The notes under the pieces are model-generated. The model made no database searches and was not told where the DNA came from. It saw only the letters and a program-made list of their open reading frames with translations. Below, piece after piece: positions 49,926 through 62,200 of a stretch of DNA of 64,000 bases. Position numbers and translations under genes: made by a program. The number at the start of each line of letters is the position of its first letter. Within the stretch, counting starts at the first letter, position 1. The DNA comes from Rozella allomycis CSF55 (taxonomy: Eukaryota), in NCBI GenBank assembly GCA_000442015.1, contig KE561154.1, positions 1-64,000 on the forward strand. Direction: 5' to 3'.

Positions 49926-52900
49926 TTACAAAGGCTTGATCTTCCTTTTTGATGGATGGAAAAAGTATGTTGCAGCCAATACTAGAATGAAAGCGAGGGT
50001 AGTAGATAGAACAATCAAAAATTGTGTCGAGACCAAAAGAGGTACTCCAGTTATACTAACAGAAAACTGAGTCTTTAATGTACAATAACTAGTAAGATTA
50101 TAGAGCATGAATTACCTGAAATCAGGATCTATGACTAGAAGGGTAAAGAAATAATGGCCATCTTCTGAACCTCGCCACGATAACCCATTCACATTTGAAG
50201 AATTCATGATGGGAAAGGGCAACGATGATTCCGAAGAAGAAAGAGAATATGCCCCAGAATAGCAATCTTTTGAATAAACATTGGTCCAGTATGTTAATGG
50301 ATTTAATATTTTTGCCAAGGAATCCCAATTATTGTCAGGTTTTCTATTACACCCTGCTGTTTTCAGATTTAAACCATAAGAATAATCTATGCGCCTTAGA
50401 TCTTCCCATACAACGAAATTTGAATCAATATATTTAATAAAAGTGTCTCCATCATACAATGCTACTTTTGGTGTAAAAGTTTCAGCGTAATAAGCTTCTA
50501 TTGGATTTCCATAAGTGTCACAATCATAAGAAATTGTCTAGTCATGAATTGAATTGACTAGTTACTTTAGAACTGGAAGAGACACTCCCATCGCTGTTTA
50601 AAAATGAGCCAGAAGGAATGGTTATTGTTGTTGAAGGACAATCAACAGTTGAATTTGAAACAACTTTTATCCTTCGTTGACTGGGGCATCCAACTCTAAT
50701 TACAGTTGACTGTTTAGCTAAAGATTTGAGTTTACTGAAGAATATTCATCACACGCCAAGTTTGCTGGATAAACTGAAAATCTAATATTTGTCACACCTT
50801 GATTCTTTATTGAAAATGGACGTAAAGTTATGTTTGTAAAATAGTTTGAAATAATTCCAGATCTTGATTTTGTTGTTACTATATCTTCTTTAATGAGATT
50901 GGCATTTGAACTTGATATTGAGATTTCAGTTTCAGAGTTTGAATTGTATGAAACGGTCAATGGAGCGGAATCATCTAAATATTAATCTGAAGACATGTTT
51001 ATACAAGCATCCAATGTATAGTCAGGTTGACCCTGAAATGTAAGATCAGAAAAGGGGCATGTTAAAGAATCATTTTCACTGTCTTCAATAGAATAACGTT
51101 ATTACTTTATAGAAACTTGACTCTGAGCGTCAATAATTCTAACAGAAATTGAACCATCTGATTTCAATGTGCTAACAAGGATATTTCCCAAATGATCAAA
51201 CTGAAAATTCACAATTTCAGTTGGAAGGCAGCCAGTGAAAGAAACTTCAACTACTTGATCGTAATCAAAAATTCCATAGAATAATCAAATTAATCTAAAA
51301 AATAGAAAATACCTGTTGTCAGTAGTTGAAATAGCAAAGTGACTATTTTGACTAGAAAACACGCGGTTGTAAACCCTTGGCGCTGAAAATAGATCGCTAT
51401 CAGTAATTTTAAATTTTGTTTCCATAAATAATTCGCCTCCATTGAGACTTTTTGTATGAAATTGAATTTAATACCTTGTTAAAACAATATCACTTAGCAA
51501 GAACATTTGAGGAGTTCCATCAACAGTGGAATGCAATTGAAAATGTTTTGCCTGTTTTATTTAAGCGATTTCATTTACGTTTGAATTGAAGAGACTTTTA
51601 AAAGGAAAAAAGTTTAATTCAAAAGAATATTTAGTAGTGAAAATGCCATTCAAATAAGATAAAATCAAATCTTTGCCAAATGAGTTTCTACAGAAAATAA
51701 ATATGTTTCCATTTGAAGATTCAACAGCAACATCATAAATTTGCCTTGTTGAATTGCCATTCCCCAATGGAAGAACTATTCCAGAAAAACTATAGCCGCC
51801 ATCATTGGAGAAATATATTTTGCCTTGACTAGAATAGATTGTTGAATTATATGGCTTATTATCAAATGCGAATAGATATTTAGAAAGTGGCAATGATTCT
51901 AATCGGAGAAGATCACACGCATCCATATCTCTTAACACATTCAATGAATTAACATCTGGAATTCCTCTACTCTTCACTATATTTCTAATCAACTTATCAA
52001 CAACATACACCCCAGTGTCAGTCAAAAACGCTATCGTTGAATCAGCAAATGCAGCAGAATACAAAAATGTATAATTTATATTCAATTTATAAAATTTCGT
52101 TGTTGATTTGAAATTATCTTGCGAGAATGAAAACACTCCATTAGGATAAATATCTGATAATCCAATAGAAACACTATTCGCACATCTGTCAGTTACAATA
52201 TTCAAATACGATGAATTCGTAGCTGCCGATACATTCAAACTCCCAATATTAATAAATGCTGAATTTATAGAATATTTTCCAATGTTAATCACAAATTCAT
52301 TTGCATATGATCTGCAACTCATCACAGACACACTGTTTCCTCCAATAGTCAATGCTATAGGTATTCCCTGTTCGGAAGGAGTCACATAAGCACTCCAATA
52401 CCTTTAATAATTCAAAAATTAGTTCATATACCCATCCTTAAAACTAGGCTCTGAAACCGAGGCCATTGAATACGATCTCGTTAATAACACCGGTGCATCT
52501 CCATTCGCATATATAGCTTTTGATAATTGTCCACTGGCAACTGAAGGTAGTACAGCCGTTCCATTATTCTCAAAGTCGCTCGATAAGTATGTACTATACA
52601 ACCAAACCCGCACTTCGCTCTTTCCATTCTCAATGTAATTAGTTTGCGATACAGAATTCATTCCCGGCTTCGCTGCAAGGTACCATTCATAACATCGTTC
52701 AACTTGAAAGTGTACGAAAAATTCATGCCTCGTATTTATATCACCATCAACAATCACGTAAAAGTCATAGTTTCCGGAAACACTGCAAGTCAGTGATATC
52801 GAATAAATAAACGTTGACCCTGCACTCGCATTATCATTGATCGTATTTGTCATATTAGATAGAAAATAACAATTGTTGGCAAGCTCCACAGTCACATTAG

Positions 52901-53078
52901 CTGCTGCAGATTTCACGTACACATTGACCTAGATATTTCTAACTGTAAATAATGCTACTGGATAGTTTGTCTGGAAATAGGGCTTTGAATCTATTAATAA
53001 TTGGGGCTCATAATATATAATTAAATGTGAATATGTAAAGGAACATAAAAGAGCAACCAATGTCAAAAAGAACCGCAT
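49926..53078 (-). CDS. CATSPERE: CatSper channel auxiliary subunit epsilon/delta-like type-I membrane protein, multi-exon
   Basis: Signal peptide, CYEWY, Asp-box YFSNDGGYSF, VGCPSQRRI, YDC..YGNP, FTPKVALYDGDTF....SNFVVWE..R.DYSY, AGC, and VIDPDFS|YCTLKTQFSVSITGVP followed by one TM helix. Confidence 0.75.
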
Positions 53079-53223
53079 GCGATTGACACTCGTCTATACC
53101 AGGGTGAATGTGAATTTCAAAATTGAGATTAAGCCTATTAAGAATTAGTTAGTAGCTATGGTTTGATTTAGTATTGATAGAATTAATAAAAAAGTGTAAT
53201 ATATTTGTACATAATTTATAGTG

Positions 53224-54533
53224 CTACAATTTTCTATTACTTTGCAAATCTACCAACCAAGCAGTATCTTTGCTCATTTCTTCAAGTCGTGAGATCAACC
53301 TGTTAATTGCAAAGTACTCATCGTGAGATGAATTTCGTGGGATTGCTTCACTAGATCCGAACAAGTTTTTCGGTTTCTCAGCTGCTTGCATCAAAAGTTT
53401 AATGTTATTGTCATATGCAGCATCAATAAAGGTAATAAATCTTCGTAACTCGTTTCGATCAATACTGTCGAGCATGGGAATTCCAAGAATGAATATCACG
53501 CTGTATTTTTGAATCAGAGAAATGTAATCCGCTGCACCTAGTGGCTGTTGCACTATTATAACAACAATTACTTGTCCGCACAGTTCATTGAAATGAAAAA
53601 GTGAATAATGCCCGGCGGCGACAGGGATTCTCACATTTCTGCCGAATGTTACGAGAAAATCTTCACCGACTAGTTTTACACGAAAAAAAATAAAACCTTT
53701 AGTGTCTCCAATTATTTTATGAAAGAGCTGAAGCACTTCATTTGAAGTAGTTTCAGTTACAGGACTGAAATATGTTTTAGCTGTCACATGATTATGAGCA
53801 TTATGTTTGTTAAGCCGATAATCTACACCACCATCTAAATTGATCACCCGACATTCCCTCTTAATTAGTTCAATGCAAGGAATAAAACTATCGCGCTGAA
53901 TTCCATTCTTATACAAATCTAATGATTTTCAGGTTATAAATCATCTTTACCATCAGGATGTCTATTCGATGTTGTCACAATATAAATTCCTTGCTGGAAC
54001 ATGTTTTCCAGTAATTGGCGAAGAAGCATTGCATCCGCAATGTCAGTAACCTATTTTTAAAAGCATTATTTGCGACTTGGAACTCATCCAAACAAATAAC
54101 ATTGTTCATTTGCCTTAATTCTTGGGAAACATGTCTAATAGGTTCCGCAATTTTTTCCAACTTTAATTCATGGAGGCCTAAAGATATACTTGTTGGTTTT
54201 TCTACTTTTGTGCAACGAAATCATGAAGTGATGAAAATGTGCCCGTGTTTTCCTTATCTCAGGATGTAGCGTTTCATAGAACATATTCATCAAAGTGGTT
54301 TTCCCTGATCCAACTCCGCCAAATAAATATATTCCTTTAATAGCATCAGTATTAGTTTTTTGAAATAGATATCTCTTTTTCCTGGATAATGCAATTTGAT
54401 CTGAAAAGTCACAAAGTTGATCAATAACATTTGCTTGGAACTTGTCCTCCTTGATGATCTTTTCGTTTATTTTATGGTTATATAGATCTTTTAAAGGATG
54501 CGAATTTTTTAAAAGAGCTTTGAAAAGCTTCAT
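53224..54533 (-). CDS. AFG1: Mitochondrial AFG1/LACE1 (ZapE-like) ATPase
   Basis: [50 protein letters not shown] and [12 protein letters not shown] motifs. Confidence 0.93.
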
Positions 54534-54721
54534 TCTATACTCCGACTTTACTGAAATTTGGAATTTCCAAAAATCATGTTAATAACTTTAATGAACAACT
54601 TAGTTCAGACTAATAATTTAACTCTGAAAAAAGACAACAAAGAGAGTCTATCATCCCCGTGATAATAAATGTAACTCAATAGAACATTCATAATCTTGTT
54701 GACATATACAAAAAAGTTTAT

Positions 54722-55672
54722 TTAGTTTAAACAATGTAAAACCAGTTCCAGACATTGCTGCGTAACATCAAATGTAGCGTTCCCTAATTCTGTATCAATT
54801 TCATTTGGCAAATCAATCTCTGCAAAATATTTATTTCGGGCAAGAAATAGAACTCTATTTTTCTCAATATCAACTGTACATTCCTTGGCACTTTCAACCA
54901 GAGACAAATAGAACTTTATAACAAGTTTGTTTACAATCCCATTTTTTTTCACCTTTTGCAGTTTCAAAACAGGCCTCGGCAGAGCGCGAGCAAATTCGTC
55001 CAACTCAAATTTATCCACGCCAGACTTGCCAGTAGCATCACCAAATTTTTCTTCCTTCTTCTCAGTTTGCTCAACTTCCGATATAACAACATCCTTTGTC
55101 CTATAAACCAAATGATTAACAAGCTCCCCCTTGTGCTTCATTTTTGGAATCGACCATTCCCTGCCAAGCTCAACATCATTCTTTTGCTCAACCCACGCAA
55201 GCGCAAGCTCAATTATAAACTCTTGGAATCGTTTGTCTTTCAGTGATTTCTCATACACCCCGCTATTAACACACGCATCGACGACAAGACACGCGTTTCC
55301 CGCCTTATCCGTATCATTCCTAACAGGCGACAGACTCATAGGAACCTTGTAGTTGCCAGGTTCAGCACTGCCCGCCAAAATCGCTTCCAGCTCGTCGTTC
55401 TCGATTATAGGCGGACTGGGGCAGTACGGCGAATGCACTATATTAATAAACATCTTTTGGCCAGCCTGAATTATGGCCTTTTTGTTGGAGCTGATGAGCC
55501 TTGTTTTCACAACGTAGCCGCTGACAGTGTTAATCTCTCGCTGGGAGTTCTGGGGCGGCACCAGCTGGTCGGCGGACGATGATAGCATCGACAGGATGGC
55601 GGAGGGATCGTTTACGGAAAACAAATTTGGGTCGTCTGTTTCTCGTACTTTGAGGTCTTGGGGAATGTTCAT
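54722..55672 (-). CDS. PIH1: PIH1-domain co-chaperone (Pih1/PIH1D1 family) with a C-terminal CS domain
   Basis: GYVVKT, KMFINIVHS, YKVPMSLS....DKAG..C.VVD..VN motifs and a CS-like C-terminus. Confidence 0.85.
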   Translation of the reverse strand: MNIPQDLKVRETDDPNLFSVNDPSAILSMLSSSADQLVPPQNSQREINTVSGYVVKTRLISSNKKAIIQAGQKMFINIVHSPYCPSPPIIENDELEAILAGSAEPGNYKVPMSLSPVRNDTDKAGNACLVVDACVNSGVYEKSLKDKRFQEFIIELALAWVEQKNDVELGREWSIPKMKHKGELVNHLVYRTKDVVISEVEQTEKKEEKFGDATGKSGVDKFELDEFARALPRPVLKLQKVKKNGIVNKLVIKFYLSLVESAKECTVDIEKNRVLFLARNKYFAEIDLPNEIDTELGNATFDVTQQCLELVLHCLN

Positions 55673-55929
55673 TATTGTGAAATGTGAAATTTACAAGTTG
55701 GAAATGGAGGTAAAAATATTTGGAAGAGTGTATAGGCTGTGATTTTGCAGATATTTGGTAATCTTAAATGTAAGTAATAAGGATGAATGAGATAGTCAAC
55801 AAGTATTCCACTATTTTGCTCAAAGTCTATATCGAGTCGTAATGAGTGAGTTTGTTGTGTACGAGATGCCATTGATCGATCAGTTGAAACTGCTGTCCGT
55901 AGAAATTCGCCAATAGTTACAGAAAAGCA
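55570..55929 (+). repeat. Copy 1 of a diverged direct repeat (PIH1 5' CDS plus upstream region)
   Basis: Aligns by eye with 58800-59194 throughout. Confidence 0.9.
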
Positions 55930-56936
55930 GATGCCTCTCAAGGGAGAATATAAGGAATTTTTAATGCGAGCGAAGCGAGTACAACCACTAGTTTATCTGT
56001 AATACTAAACGCGGACCATGTTAATTTACGGTTGTCAAGAATGGAATCGAACCTTCCTTGATGCTAACTAATAATGAGTGGCATATTTTTTTGAATGCTT
56101 AAACGTTGTCGTCTGAGCCAAAGTTGCCAAACCTGTCGCTCCACGCGCTTATAGAATCTTAATCCTCGCATATTGGATAGTTTTTTCAATTATAGAAAGT
56201 AAGTTAAAAACATATGTCGAATGGGAATGGACTATCTCCAATTATTTATTGAATATCTCCTCGGAATTTATAGGGTCGGTTCTTTCTATAAATGCACCCT
56301 GCGCCAGGGAAATCTAAAAGCAAAGGACACTCAGAGGCAAGCCAATCAATTTCAAACCAGCCATCCAACAAGGTTACAACAGTTATGGACTTTCGAAAAT
56401 CATAGTATCAAGATGCATCAATTTATTTACAAAGTCATTCCGTCGATCGAAACTCAAGTTTCTCCACTGCAAAGCGGGATTAACACGTTTCAAGGCCTCA
56501 TCTCACGTTCACAATGTGTTGAAGTTAAATGTAAATAACCAAGTCAAGAACTTCCTTATCGGGACATACAAATTTACAATGGACAAATAAACCCTTGTCA
56601 CTTCAGTAGTCTTTCTTACTGGGTGACGACCCGATTTTCTCCTAACTTGACACGATTCAAGTGATGTCCATCAGGACTTCCAACTAAAAGTAGAATTCTA
56701 TTTCTCACATTTTCCCTTTACTTCAAATTTTATAGCCAAAATACGAATATGACTGCTTGGTGTTGAGGAATATGATCAAGTCAACTTTCAAGCAAAGCGT
56801 GTGTATGGTCGATTAAGGGAATTATTGTTCGAATGATCAAGTAAAGTGTTCTGATTGTTGTTCGTTTGTTTTATATTGCATTTAGTTCTAATAGTGATTT
56901 CTGTCTCTGAAAATTACATAATTATATAAAATTTAT

Positions 56937-58517
56937 TCAGGAATACATCATTGATTGATAGGTTGAAGTATGTTTGAGCATCTTCTGAGCAAATTCTATT
57001 CTTTTCTGGTGAAGGAAGTCGTCATCAAGAGTATCAGCCATTAACTCATATCTTTCCATTTCTTCAGTGTCAATTAATCTTGGCATGTGTTCATCAAGCT
57101 TTTTTCTCTTTACAATTTGGTCTGGAATAAATGACGAGTGAAAGCCAGCTCTCCAGTCACCTTGGATGATTTGTTGCATAAAAGACATTGCATTAACGAT
57201 ATTTTCAAAGTGAATATTCCAAACCAAGCCATCATCTCCAATCCACACAAATATCCAATCGTTGTTCAAGTCAGTGAGTAGACCAACAACAGATCTTGCC
57301 ACGTTTGTTGTGACAGTATCAGCAGCAATCAGCTCAGCCTTGATTTGATAAGTATGCTTCTCCTCAACCTTTTTTGTCAATTCAACAATTAAGCGAAGCC
57401 CAGCAAATATCGTGCGATATTTTTTAGCCANGCATCTTCTGAGCAAATTCTATTCTTTTCTGGTGAAGGAAGTCGTCATCAAGAGTATCAGCCATTAACT
57501 CATATCTTTCCATTTCTTCAGTGTCAATTAATCTTGGCATGTGTTCATCAAGCTTTTTTCTCTTTACAATTTGGTCTGGAATAAATGACGAGTGAAAGCC
57601 AGCTCTCCAGTCACCTTGGATGATTTGTTGCATAAAAGACATTGCATTAACGATATTTTCAAAGTGAATATTCCAAACCAAGCCATCATCTCCAATCCAC
57701 ACAAATATCCAATCGTTGTTCAAGTCAGTGAGTAGACCAACAACAGATCTTGCCACGTTTGTTGTGACAGTATCAGCAGCAATCAGCTCAGCCTTGATTT
57801 GATAAGTATGCTTCTCCTCAACCTTTTTTGTCAATTCAACAATTAAGCGAAGCCCAGCAAATATCGTGCGATATTTTTTAGCCAATCTGTCAACAATAGC
57901 TAGATCAGCACCACCTTTGATATCAAATGGCAATCTGGAATCATCCTTGATAGTTAGAAGCTGCTTCTTTTGGGAAATATCCACTACTTCAATGTCATCA
58001 GGTAAATATGGCTTCAAGTAATCTTTAATATAAGCCATGTACGCCGCCACTTGACTTGGACAGTCCTCAGCTAATTCTGTCCATTGATAGCCTGGAATCC
58101 TAACTTCTACTTCAGGTTCTTCAACGTCAACATATATCTCCTTCAGGTTCAAAGCGGTTGCGATTTTCCTCCAATCTGACATCCCAATTTCAGATATAGA
58201 CTTTGTCTTTCGCTGTCTCGATTCCTGCAAAATTTCTTGAATCTTGGCGATATCTGTCTTATGCTGTTTGAGTAGAGAAAGAACTTCTTTGTTATCCTCC
58301 TTCGCTTCATTATCTATTAATATCAACCAGTCAATTTATTCTTACTTTCGGGATGTAGCTTGTTGTAAACAGCGACACCATCATGTTGAAAATCCTTTTC
58401 CCACTTGTCCTCTGTAAAACTCATCAACATATCCCAAGAATGTTTATTGACTGCAACCTCCATGGCTTCATTGCTAGAATTTGATTTTATCCAATGCAAG
58501 AGCTCTTGTTTGCTCAT
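56937..58517 (-). CDS. Crinkler (CRN)-type effector: small helical header plus PD-(D/E)xK REase-fold domain
   Basis: Header ending GVAVYNKLHP; 32-nt intron; then LPFDIKGGADLAIVD...LIVELTKK...YQ..AELIAAD...LLTDLNNDWIFVW, KRKKL and C-terminal MYS. Contains an artefactual 453-bp duplication. Confidence 0.75.
56978..57884. repeat. Apparently identical 453-bp tandem duplication joined by a single N (assembly artefact)
   Basis: 56978-57430 matches 57432-57884, with N at 57431. Confidence 0.9.
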
Positions 58518-58799
58518 TATTTTGACAGGGGTATCAAAAAACATGGGTTCATTTGTTTGCTTTGATTGGGTCTCAACAAATGATTTCAAAAATATCAATG
58601 CCATGTTTGTGGTAACAGTATCAGCAGCAATCAATCCACTGAAGCCAAATGAAATTGCGCCAGCCTAGAACTTTTCATATAAATTTAGTATTTACAATTG
58701 ATAAATAAACCTTTGGCCCATTTATCTAAACTTAAAGGTAGCGTTATAAGAATCAGAAGCGATTTATGGCGGGTTTAAATCTTCTTCGAATGGACACTC

Positions 58800-59194
58800 G
58801 GCGGACGCTGAGAGTGAGAGCATCGACAGGATGGCGGAGGGATCGTTTACGGAGAATAATTTTTCATTATTGTGAAATTTACGGGTCGTCTGTTTCTCAT
58901 ACTTTGAGGTCTTTGGGAATGTTCATTATTGTGAAATGTGAAATTTACAAGTTGGAAATGGAGGTAAGAATATTTGGAAGAGTGTATAGGTTGTGATTTC
59001 GCAGATATTTGGTAATCTGAAATGTAAGGAATCATTTTTAATGAGATAGTGAACAAGGATTCCACTAGTTTGCTTAAAGTGTATATCGAGTCGTTTGTGA
59101 AAGGTAATGATAGCATTTGTTGTTTATGAGATGCCATTGATCGATCAGTTGAAACTGCGGAACGTAGAAATTCGCCAATAGTTACAGAAAAGCA
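58800..59194 (-). pseudogene. Copy 2 of the repeat: truncated, disrupted PIH1 5' fragment plus upstream region
   Basis: Matches 55570-55929 with substitutions and indels. The coding part is interrupted and ends after about 35 codons. Confidence 0.8.
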
Positions 59195-59297
59195 TTTGGA
59201 AGAGAATATAGCCGATATCCTCCTGAACTATGCATAGAAGAAATATAATTTACAAAAGTTGAAATCAACTTTAGAAACTAATTAAATTAAGGATTTA

Positions 59298-62200
59298 TTA
59301 ATGTTGAATCTGACGTTTTCTAGCCTTTTTAGTCGCTTTCCATTTTTCCACAAATAACCTATAAATCATCCAAGCATTGAAATACCTTATCCTGCAAACA
59401 GCCAAAACAGCTACCGCGCACTTTCTAAACTTATTTAGTTTATCAACTCCATTTCCATTCCCATCACACAACTGATTCAAAGAAACATTCCTAATTAATC
59501 TTCACCTGCAAACTTACGTTCCATGCACACCACCCAACAGCAACACGAGCAGCTTCTTTTGGTAAATCAAATCGGCTCTGAAACCGGCTTCTCTGTGAAA
59601 CTTTGATTTGGCGTATTGCAATTCTCTGATAAGCAGGACCATTTGTTCCTGATATTTCTTCAAATCTGATTTCAATTTGTCTGCTGATGCTGGATCGTGC
59701 CATTTTATTTTTGATTTCTTGAATTGACTTAATTCGAGATTGAGATTGTTGATTTCGCTTTCGTAGGTTTTGATTAGAAGCTTTTCGTTCCTTTGGATCT
59801 TGTCTACTTGCTGTTGAAGGGATTTTATTAGTTCATCCTTGTTGGAGTCTTTAATCAAGTCAGCTACTCTTGTTTCCCATACTAATGTTGATTCTTTTAG
59901 TTCCTTTTGAATATTGAATAGTTGGTTTACCTTTTCTTTTAATTCTTTAGATTTCAAATTTTCAGCCAATTCGTGAGCTAAAGTGTCTCTTTCATTTTTA
60001 ATTTCAACCAATTCAAATTTTATTAAATCTCTTTCATTCTTGATTCTTATCATTTCATCATTCACCTCTACTTGATTTTCTTTAGATATACTCAATTCAG
60101 CTTCAAGGTCTTTATTTCTAGATACCATTTCTATATAATCAATTTGAATTTTTTTATATGTAGATTCCATTTCATTGTGTTCAGTTTGAAATCTATCCAG
60201 CTCAATTTGAAGTGCCTCTTTTTCATCTCTATTTTTAATAACTTGAACCATCAATTCTTGTTTTTCCAATTTAAGATCATTCAATTCATTATCAATTTTC
60301 GCTTTAATATTCTCCACTTTAACATTCAACTCTTTACCCTTTTCCACCAACACTTGCAATCTATTCATCACGTTGCCTACAAACAAATTAATATTATTAG
60401 AAATATTATCAAACCTCTTACTGCTCATATCAACATTTTGATGCAGTAATTGTTGCTGTAATCGTTGTATCTCCATTGCAAGTATATTGATATCACTCTT
60501 AAACTCACTTTCAGACTTCAAATGCATTTCTTTTGCTTCTAATAGGGCTTGTTGTAGTTTTTCATTTAAAATAGATTCTCTTTCCAATAAAATTCTAAAA
60601 TTCTTAATTTCTTCAAAATTTATTTCTGAAATTTCGGATTTCTGACCCTTGTCAGAGAAGAATTGTTCTAAAAGGGAATTGTATTTAGAAAGAGAGTCAA
60701 TTACATGATTGAAGTTATTGTTATTTGATTCTAGCTGGGATATTTGAAGACGAAGTTTATCATTTTCAAGAGTTTCTTTCTTGATAGTGTCTAGTAGTAA
60801 ACGATTCTTGTCAGTTTCTAAAGGTATTTGTTTAAGAGCAGATAAAAGAGCATCAAATTTTTCTGAAGTTTTGTCAATTTCTAATTCTAATTGATCAAAT
60901 TCAACACTAGTTTAAATCAATTAAATAAAATACCTTTTGTTTTCAGTGTCATGAGTAGAAAATTCATCATCATTATTTTGATTTTCTAATTCAATTATTT
61001 TATTATTTTTAGAATCAATTTCAGAAACATAATAAGAAATTGTTGCTTCTTGAGAAGTTACAACATCTTGCATTTCCTTTAAACTTTTTTCTAAATTATT
61101 TTTCTGTTGTTCAAGTATAAAATTAAAATTCAATAATTTGTCAATTTCTAATTTCTTATTTTGATCATTAAATTTAATTGTTGAAATATTCTCCTTTAAT
61201 TCATCAATCAATGAAACTATTAAATTCTTTATTGCTTTACAGTCACTTTTAATTAAATGGATTGATTTTAAAGTTTGATTCTTTACAGTGCTTAATTTCC
61301 ATTTTAATTTCTCAGTTTCATTTAAATTCTCATTTGAATTCTTTTCTACAATTTCATTCAATTTAACTTTTTCATTTGTTAAAGAAACAATTTGATCATT
61401 CAATGATTTTACATTTTCTTTTAATTCTGAATTTTCTTTACTCAGTTCATTAAATTTATTAGTTTGATATTCATTGAGATTATTAATTAACTCTTCATTC
61501 TTAACTTTTATTTCATCAACATAATTATTCAACTCTTCATTCTTAGTTTCCAATACTTTCACAATATCAGCTAACTTTGTATTTTTGGATTCCAAATCTT
61601 CAATTGTGATGGATGAATCTTTGATTTGGTTCTTTAATGTTTCATTTTCTAATTCTAATTCATTCAATGCATTTCCACGAGATGCTTTCAAATCATTATT
61701 CATTGAATTTAATAAAATAATCTCATTTGTCAATTCACTGCATTTATTTTCAAATTCTTTACATTTCACATCCAAATCTTCCCTTGCAGTCTTTAATTCA
61801 TCACATTTAAACTTGAACTGTTCATTACTAGTCTTCAGTTCTTCATTTTTACCTCCAAGAGATTCATATTCAACTTTGAGAGATTCATATTCAACTTTGA
61901 CTGATTCAAATTGGCTACGCAGAGATTCATATTCATTACGCATTATGTTACACTCATTACGTAACCCTGTAACTTCAACTTTAACAGATTCACATTCAAC
62001 TTTGAGGGATTCATATTCACTACGAATCGCATCACATTCAATAAGAATTGTTTCATTCTCGTTGCGTAGAGATTGGTTTTCATCTTTAAGAGATGTAACT
62101 TCAACATTGAGATATTCATTTGAATTGTGTAGCGCTTCATTCTCATCTTTAAGAGAGTCATTTTCACGTTTAAGATATTCATTCTCACTTTTAAGGGATT

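Noticed and set aside
6422-55672. Frequent in-frame stops suggesting pseudogenes or an alternative genetic code
   Set aside because: Nearly every break I examined is resolved by a short GT-AG intron that restores conserved motifs.
56221-56538. 105-aa ORF inside the CRN insert
   Set aside because: No recognisable motif, and it lies in degenerate-looking DNA; I cannot support it as a gene.
56978-57884. Apparent tandem duplication of the CRN nuclease domain (ORF 56937-57446 as a second gene)
   Set aside because: The two 453-bp copies look identical and are joined by a single N, the signature of an unmerged contig overlap.
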